NCBI GenBank assembly: GCA_000708835.1
Contig: DF236958.1
Span: forward strand, 379,938 to 427,666
Direction: 5' to 3'
DNA: 47,729 nt
Source: Klebsormidium nitens
Taxonomy: Eukaryota > Plantae > Klebsormidiophyceae
The translations under genes and the position numbers were made by a program. Each line of letters begins with the position of its first letter. Positions within the stretch are counted from its first letter, which is position 1. Below are positions 42,017 to 47,729 of the stretch, piece by piece. The notes beneath the pieces were generated by a model, which was given only the letters and a program-made list of their open reading frames with translations, was not told the DNA's origin and made no database searches.

Positions 42017-44774
42017 TTAACGGGACTTGGAACCTGGGCTTTTGCCGCTTGGGGACTTGGGTGGGGGGGGCGGAGGACTCTTGCCTTTCGGGGCTGGGGG
42101 AAATTTGGGTGGCGGGGGGGGAGGAAACTTTGCTTTTGGGGGCGGGGGGAATTTGGGTTGGGGGGGGGGAGGACCCTTCTTTTTTGGCGGCGGGGGTGGG
42201 GGGGGGATCTTGGGGATTGGGGCCGGCTTCTTGGGGGGGCGCCGGGGAGGGAATCTTCTTGGGGGGGTGTCGGGGAGGAAGTCTTCTTGGGGGGTGTCGG
42301 GGAGGGAGTCTTCTTGGGGGGTGTCNNNNNNNNNNNNNNNNNNNNNNNNNNNNNNNNNNNNNNNNNNNNNNNNNNNNNNNNNNNNNNNNNNNNNNNNNNN
42401 NNNNNNNNNNNNNNNNNNNNNNNNNNNNNNNNNNNNNNNNNNNNNNNNNNNNNNNNNNNNNNNNNNNNNNNNNNNNNNNNNNNNGGGGAGGGAGTCTTTG
42501 TGAGGGGGGGAACAGGCGTAGGGATGAGGGGAGGGGCGGGGGGAAGGATTGGGGCGGGCGTGGCACGTGTGGCCTGCTCGCAGTTCAGGAGGACCGGAAG
42601 GAGGAACATCGAGCAGTTGATCACCTTTGCGCAGCAGATCGGGACCGTGTTGCCGAACTGGTTCAGGCCGGTGAAGTTGCACAGCTGCGCGGGCTGGGGC
42701 GGCTCATTCTTGAACAAGACGATGTCGGTGCACTCGTACGGGGCTGGGGGGGGCGACCGGTGGGGGGTCAGAAAGGTGGACCCGCGAGAGGTTGATGAGT
42801 ATTTGAACTTCGTGCTAAACATGTACACTATCTCATCTCGCCCTCGCGGCTAGTGTACCGAGAGACATCCGTGGAAAGCGAGCAGAGAGCGACGAGGGCG
42901 CGGCAACTGCGCTCTGCTAGAAAGTAAGCACGGTGCCAGAAAGTCCACACTCGTAGTCGCAAAATGATGGCGTGCTGACCTAGAGACCTGGTCTCAAACC
43001 GCTTACCGGTCGTGCCTAAGAGCGAGAAATATGAGAGCGACATGGTCAGCAATGTCTCAAGCATTTCCACATGGTCGAGCAGCATCTTGAGTCAGCCAAA
43101 TTAATGAAACTCTGAAAAAGCTGCCCAGTCTCGTTGACGAGAGGCCGCTGACGGCTCACCTTCGGGGGTTGGCGCAGGCACGGCGGTGAGGGGAGGAGTG
43201 GGTGACGGGGTCAGGGTGGGGGCAGGAGTGACCGGAGCGACAGTTGGGGTGACCGGGGGGGGTTTGGAGGGGGTGGGAGTAGGGGTTGGAGCGGGAGTGG
43301 GAGCTTTGGAAGGGGTTGGGGTGGGAGTCGCCGGGGGAGTCGTGATCGGAGGAGCAGTCACCGAAGGAGCGGTCACGGGGGGAGCAGTGACCGGAGGGGT
43401 AGTGGACGTGGGGGGTAGTCGACGTGGGGGGTCGTGGAGTTGGGGGAGTAGGTCGACCGGGAGGGGTGGTCGACCGGGGGAGTAGGTCGACGGGAGGCGT
43501 GGTGGACCGGGGGGTCNNNNNNNNNNNNNNNNNNNNCGGACCGGGGAGGCGAGTGGACGTGGGCGGAGTAGTGACGGGGGGCGCGGTGACCGGGGGGATC
43601 GTGACCGGGGGGGTCGTGATCGGGGGGGCAGTCACCGGGGGAGTGGTGACGGGAGGAATGGTGACGGGGGGAGCAGTGATTGGAGGAGTGGTGACCGGGG
43701 GTGCAGTCACGGGCGGTGTGGGCACCCCGGGGACGGCCGTGGCCGCCGCGCAGTTGAGCAGAATGGCGATGAGCGTCGTGGGGCAGCCGATGAAGGCGGG
43801 GCAGCAGAGCGGGATCGTGTTGCCGAATTGGCCCAGCCCGAAGAAGGGGCAGAGGCCGAAGGCGACGCCGGGGCAGACGAAGGTTCCGGCTGCACGAAAC
43901 GGTACGTAAACGGAAATTGAGCTGTGCGCACTGAAGACAATAAGTGAAGAAGTAAAGTAATTGGTGGGATTTGTGGCGAAAAAGAGATGCTGAGTCTGGG
44001 CGCGGAAGAAGGCTAGATTGCTTGCTTTCGTTGTTGAGCTACGTGTAACCAGTGCCCACCAGTACCTGTCTTCTAACTTTAGTCGGCGTGTGGTTGCCCG
44101 TAAATTGAGACGGTGGCTCAACGGAGTCTCCGGCTTCGCTTAACTACTTCTGCAGACTCGACAGAGAGGATAAAGAAAATTTTGGGAACCTCGGATTCCA
44201 AAGAGAAGGCCTAAGGCGACAAAAAAAACGAAAACATATGTAGGTGCTAACGAGTTGAGTATGCGGGTGAAAGTACCTGCTTGCAACAGGCTGCGCTGAG
44301 TCAATGCGTGACCGATCTCGTGCGAGCTGTTGGAAGCAAACAGCGCCTGGCTGATTGTAGCCGCAAAAGCCTGCACACAGGACAGGAAAACACTCAAACA
44401 CAGCGGATAGGAAATGTGCGCCCAGATGAGTGAACAAAGCTCGATTGACAAGTGTTTCTTCTCTGCAAGAAATCGGCATATTTCATTCGTGGCTCTTGCG
44501 AAGGGCTACTGGGCAGCCATATGTCAACGTGCAAAGATCCGGTTTAAGCGAGCCAGTTCTTCTTTTCGACGTTCTCAAAAACGGCGAAGGGAGTCCTCAA
44601 ATCACCTCCTAACGAGTACAAACGATTCTGGCAAAGGAAGGCACTCCAAGCATCTGACTCTATGCAGAATCGATGCGAAGCAAGTCTCCAGGCCGGCTAC
44701 AAGGATGTTACCTGATTCGCCAGCGAGAGGAGCAGCAGCACACCCAGTAAGGCTACTCGGTCCTCGAGCGCCAT
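42017..44774 (-). CDS. Gene B: paralog of gene A with two 6-Cys modules, PPVTT repeats and a Lys/Pro-rich extensin-like tail; 4 exons, two gaps
   Basis: Exon 1, 44774-44712: MALEDRVALLGVLLLLSLANQ. Exon 2, 44370-44277: AFAATISQALFASNSSHEIGHALTQRSLLQA. Exon 3, 43889-43160: FVCPGVAFGLCPFFGLGQFGNTIPLCCPAFIGCPTTLIAILLNC plus PPVTT and TP repeats. Exon 4, 42743-42017: YECTDIVLFKNEPPQPAQLCNFTGLNQFGNTVPICCAKVINCSMFLLPVLLNC plus TPSPTPPKK repeats and a PPPPK-rich tail. Apparent frameshifts next to the gaps make the exact C-terminus uncertain. Confidence 0.8.
42250..42500 (-). repeat. Coding 27-bp tandem repeat (TPSPTPPKK), spanning gap 42326-42484
   Basis: Units such as cttcttggggggtgtcggggagggagt repeat up to the N run. 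Confidence 0.8.
43340..43715 (-). repeat. Coding 15-bp minisatellite (PPVTT/PPITA), spanning gap 43517-43536
   Basis: ggggg(a/c)gt(g/c)gtgac-type units on the + strand that translate to PPVTT variants on the - strand. Confidence 0.85.
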
Positions 44775-47459
44775 CTTAAAGCGCCAGCTTTGAAGCGAAG
44801 AACGGATAGCTGCCGCAAGTTGGACGGGGCGGCAGGAAGTTCGCAGAGAAACGGATGCTCAGAATGCAGTGAAAGGCTTGGAGGAAGTGATACGCCGCCT
44901 TGTTCAAGTCGTGGCTGCATTCGTAAGAGTGTGCTCCCTCTGTACAGGGATTGAAGGAAGTTGAAAGCGCGAGCAAGACTAGCAGGTCTTCGATCCAGCT
45001 TGATAAGCCTGCTGAGCTGCATCTTCTTTCAATAGTCATGCGGGCAACAGCGAGGTGCCTGTAAGACATGGAAGGATTACCTACTCAGTCACTTGACGAT
45101 AGCTTGCAATGCATCAGGTTTTACTGCTCCTCGAGTGCCTCGCTTCAGGTGAATGAGTAGAGCCCATGCTGAAATGCGGGCGTGTCTAGCCATCCAACGT
45201 TGAGAAAAGGGTGAATTGGGCACTCGCTCTTCAGTTCAGGACTTTTTGTCGTCTTTATCACGGCCTCGGAAAATTGTCTGCAGCTTGCTCGGACAGCTCG
45301 CGCATCCGGAATAATGGACCGCTGCAGAGTAGCCATCATTAGTCCACGGTGCGCAAGTTCCTAGAAGCTGCTAGAGCAACACGTCCTTAGTTTCAACTCA
45401 GTTTGTCTTCGTAAAGGTCCTGTCGCAATTTGCATAAGGTTTGGCAGCAAGGCGGCGGGACACGGCTTTACCTAAGCGCCACCGTGTTGCGATGATGGAT
45501 CATTGCATGGTTGCGTGCTTGACAACTGTCGCAAAAGGAGCGGCGAAATAGTCCAAAGCACACCAGAGCGGAGAAAGATGCTCGAGAGAATGGGATGTGC
45601 CTCCTGTGTCGAGAAATCCTCTTTCAAGCCGCTTTTGCATTCCAAGGCGGCGGCTTGGCAAGCGAAGATCTGGTCTGCATAGACAAGCGGCGGGCAGCAT
45701 AGGGGGGCACCCAAGCTCAGCCGTTCTATCTCCAACGTTGTTCAGCGCATTGCTTCAAAGCACAAGAGCTCACGACTCGGTTTTCGGCGCGGCTGCGAGT
45801 CCAAAGCTTTGACCGGCCCAATGGTTCGTTCAACTCGAGAGACACCGAGAACGTTAGGATCCGTCTCTCTAAGTCTCTCCATTTCTCGGCGTCTGCGGCG
45901 AAGACCAAACAAACCGGGTCAGGCTGGGGCGCGGTCAATGTCTAATTAAGGTCCGCGTTTCACTCGCTGCTTCAGCAGGATTCAATGCTCGTTATCCTGG
46001 AGCCTTTTTTAGAACCTCGAAACCAAGCACACGCCAAGTAGCCTATCTTTTGGACCAATCTTTTAAAGCTTTACCGGTTTTTCAGATGGGCGCGAAAGCG
46101 TAGGAAGCAACTTACGTCAGCCCGTGAGACCGCTCGCACCACTAGGTTGGGCGCCGGGAAAGACACCACGAAATGCTTCCCGCCACACAAGAATCGCTGT
46201 GCAACTCAAGAGCCCGGCTCGTGTGTGATGTTTAGACCCAGAAGGCGGCCATCGAGAGCCTCGGAACGAAGTAACGCTCTCTATAATGTCCTAGATCACA
46301 ACCATGCATCGGTGCTTACGGATTTTGTCCGGAAGTCAAGGAGAAAAAGCTCCCTCTGAGCTACTGGGACAGACAAATCCAGAATCTTGCTCACAATCTG
46401 TTTGCTGAGGTGGGCGGCCCCCGTCTCCAGAGTTGCTGTCAAGCTAGTACTCTTATATAGATAGGCCATCAGTGGTCTGAGGGCTGAAATTGATGTGCCC
46501 AGTCAGACGAGAACTTGACATGGACGTAGCGATCTAGAAACTTGCCCTCTGAACTCCTCTGACTCTCGAAGGTGACCGGTGTGATTTTCTTTGCCGGTTT
46601 TCTAGCTTCACAGTCAAAAGCGGGCCGCATCAACGGCTTCGTATAAGGACTTTGAGGGTCTCGGCAGCCAAAGTCGATGGCCGTCAGATCCGGATACGCG
46701 TCGGAAGCAGCGCCGTTTCGCGATTATGTCCGTGCATCTGATTGGTGGTTCAGAAGCGCTCCTTATACTCCCCCGTTTTGCCCGGCGGCATAATCTAATA
46801 TGCCCATGCAAACTTGAAAGCAGGCAATCGCAACGTTATGTTTCCAAGGGATCGCAACGTACATTTGACTTCGGTCAAACAAGTAGAGTCCATGCATCCA
46901 TTTGGGGTCAATACATCCATCATATCACTTCGATGGCCCACAACAACCAACGAATGTCTGAAGTGCTGAGATCTGTTGACAAAGTTATTGAATTCCAAAT
47001 GACAAGGAAGGTCTGACCTTACACCAGGCTTGGGTTGGATAGAAAACATGGATACGAAGAGGGACGGATTTCTGAGCAATGCGGACAAACGCACCTATAT
47101 GGAGCGAAAAACATCCGATAAGAGCACTTTTTGGTCCATAGAAATTGTTCCTGCAGAAAATTTCTACATTGTCCTTGCCGGCCCCGTAAAGAAACTAGTT
47201 ATCCGCACTTGGCCGTTTTGTCTGAGAACGCGAAGAATCTCGAACGCGACGGGATCATAAATTCTGCATGATGACTGAGTCTGCCTATCTGGAAGGTTGG
47301 AATTGAACGACGCCGGTCCATTCTGCCTACACGTTAGAAGACTCCAAAATCCGAGTCCTTCCACAGTCTGCTTGTTCGATTGTTCCCTTTGTCAACTTTC
47401 TGACGATCGGAGGCTCTCTTTTACCATTTTGCTGAGAGAGAAGAGGGGCTTTCAAACGG

Positions 47460-47729
47460 CTAGTAGTACCCGCCGGTTTTCTTCGGAGGAGGGGAGCCGG
47501 TCTTCTTCGGCTTCGGGGGAGGGGGGCCGGTCTTCTTCGGGGATGGGGAGGGGGGTTTCTTGGTCGGTGTGGGCGCGGGCGTCTTTTTGGTGGGGCTGGG
47601 AGATGGAGTCGGGGTGGGAGTGACCGGGGGAGGTTTGGAGGGGGTGGGAGAAGGAGTTGGAGCGGGAGTGGGAGGTTTGGAAGGCGTTGGGGTGGGAGTC
47701 GCGGGGGGAGTCGTGACCGGGGAGTGGTC
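47460..47729 (-). CDS. Gene C (partial): 3' end of a third family member, truncated by the window edge
   Basis: Stop-free frame ...PVTTPPATPTPTPSKPPTPAPTPSPTPSKPPPVTPTPTPSPSPTKKTPAPTPTKKPPSPSPKKTGPPPPKPKKTGSPPPKKTGGYY* with TAG at 47460-47462. It is absent from the ORF track because it has no start in the window. 47620-47720 differs from gene B 43249-43349 at about 7 of 101 positions by my count. Confidence 0.8.
   Translation of the reverse strand, partial: DHSPVTTPPATPTPTPSKPPTPAPTPSPTPSKPPPVTPTPTPSPSPTKKTPAPTPTKKPPSPSPKKTGPPPPKPKKTGSPPPKKTGGYY

Noticed and set aside
41810-43909. Gly/Val-rich + strand ORFs (GGVVTGG..., 41810-42853, 43186-43485, 43424-43909) and the equivalent 31403-32485 (-)
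   Set aside because: Antisense mirrors of Pro-codon repeats, partly bridged through N runs. The opposite strand has the signal peptide and splice sites.
44776-45069. ORF ending 1 nt before the ATG of gene B (possible uORF)
   Set aside because: No equivalent upstream of paralog A and no recognisable peptide. The transcript start is unknown.

Overview
Intron-rich eukaryotic draft-assembly DNA with four N-gaps. The gene content (plant-type RING-CH ligase, P-class PPRs, HRGP-like wall proteins) and the GT(A/G)AG...(T/C)GCAG introns suggest a streptophyte green alga such as Klebsormidium; this is an inference. I rebuilt spliced gene models by hand, checking splice phases. In order: RING-CH/RINGv membrane E3 ligase (-), ANKRD39-like ankyrin protein (+), a 468-bp TA-flanked MITE, an F-box/LRR-like gene (+), two head-to-head P-class PPR genes, a secreted Cys-module/Pro-rich gene A (+), METTL5 (-), a third PPR gene (+), a paralogous gene B (-) with two Cys modules, and the 3' end of a third paralog C (-) cut by the window edge. 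The most interesting signal is the A/B/C family. A and B share the layout signal peptide exon, RSLLQ propeptide exon, then a hydrophobic 6-Cys module (C-x6-16-C-x14-CC-x5-C-x10-C, GLxQFGNT core) followed by PPVTT or Lys/Pro repeats. I do not recognise this module, and it sits on phase-1 exons. No rRNA, tRNA or CRISPR array is supported.
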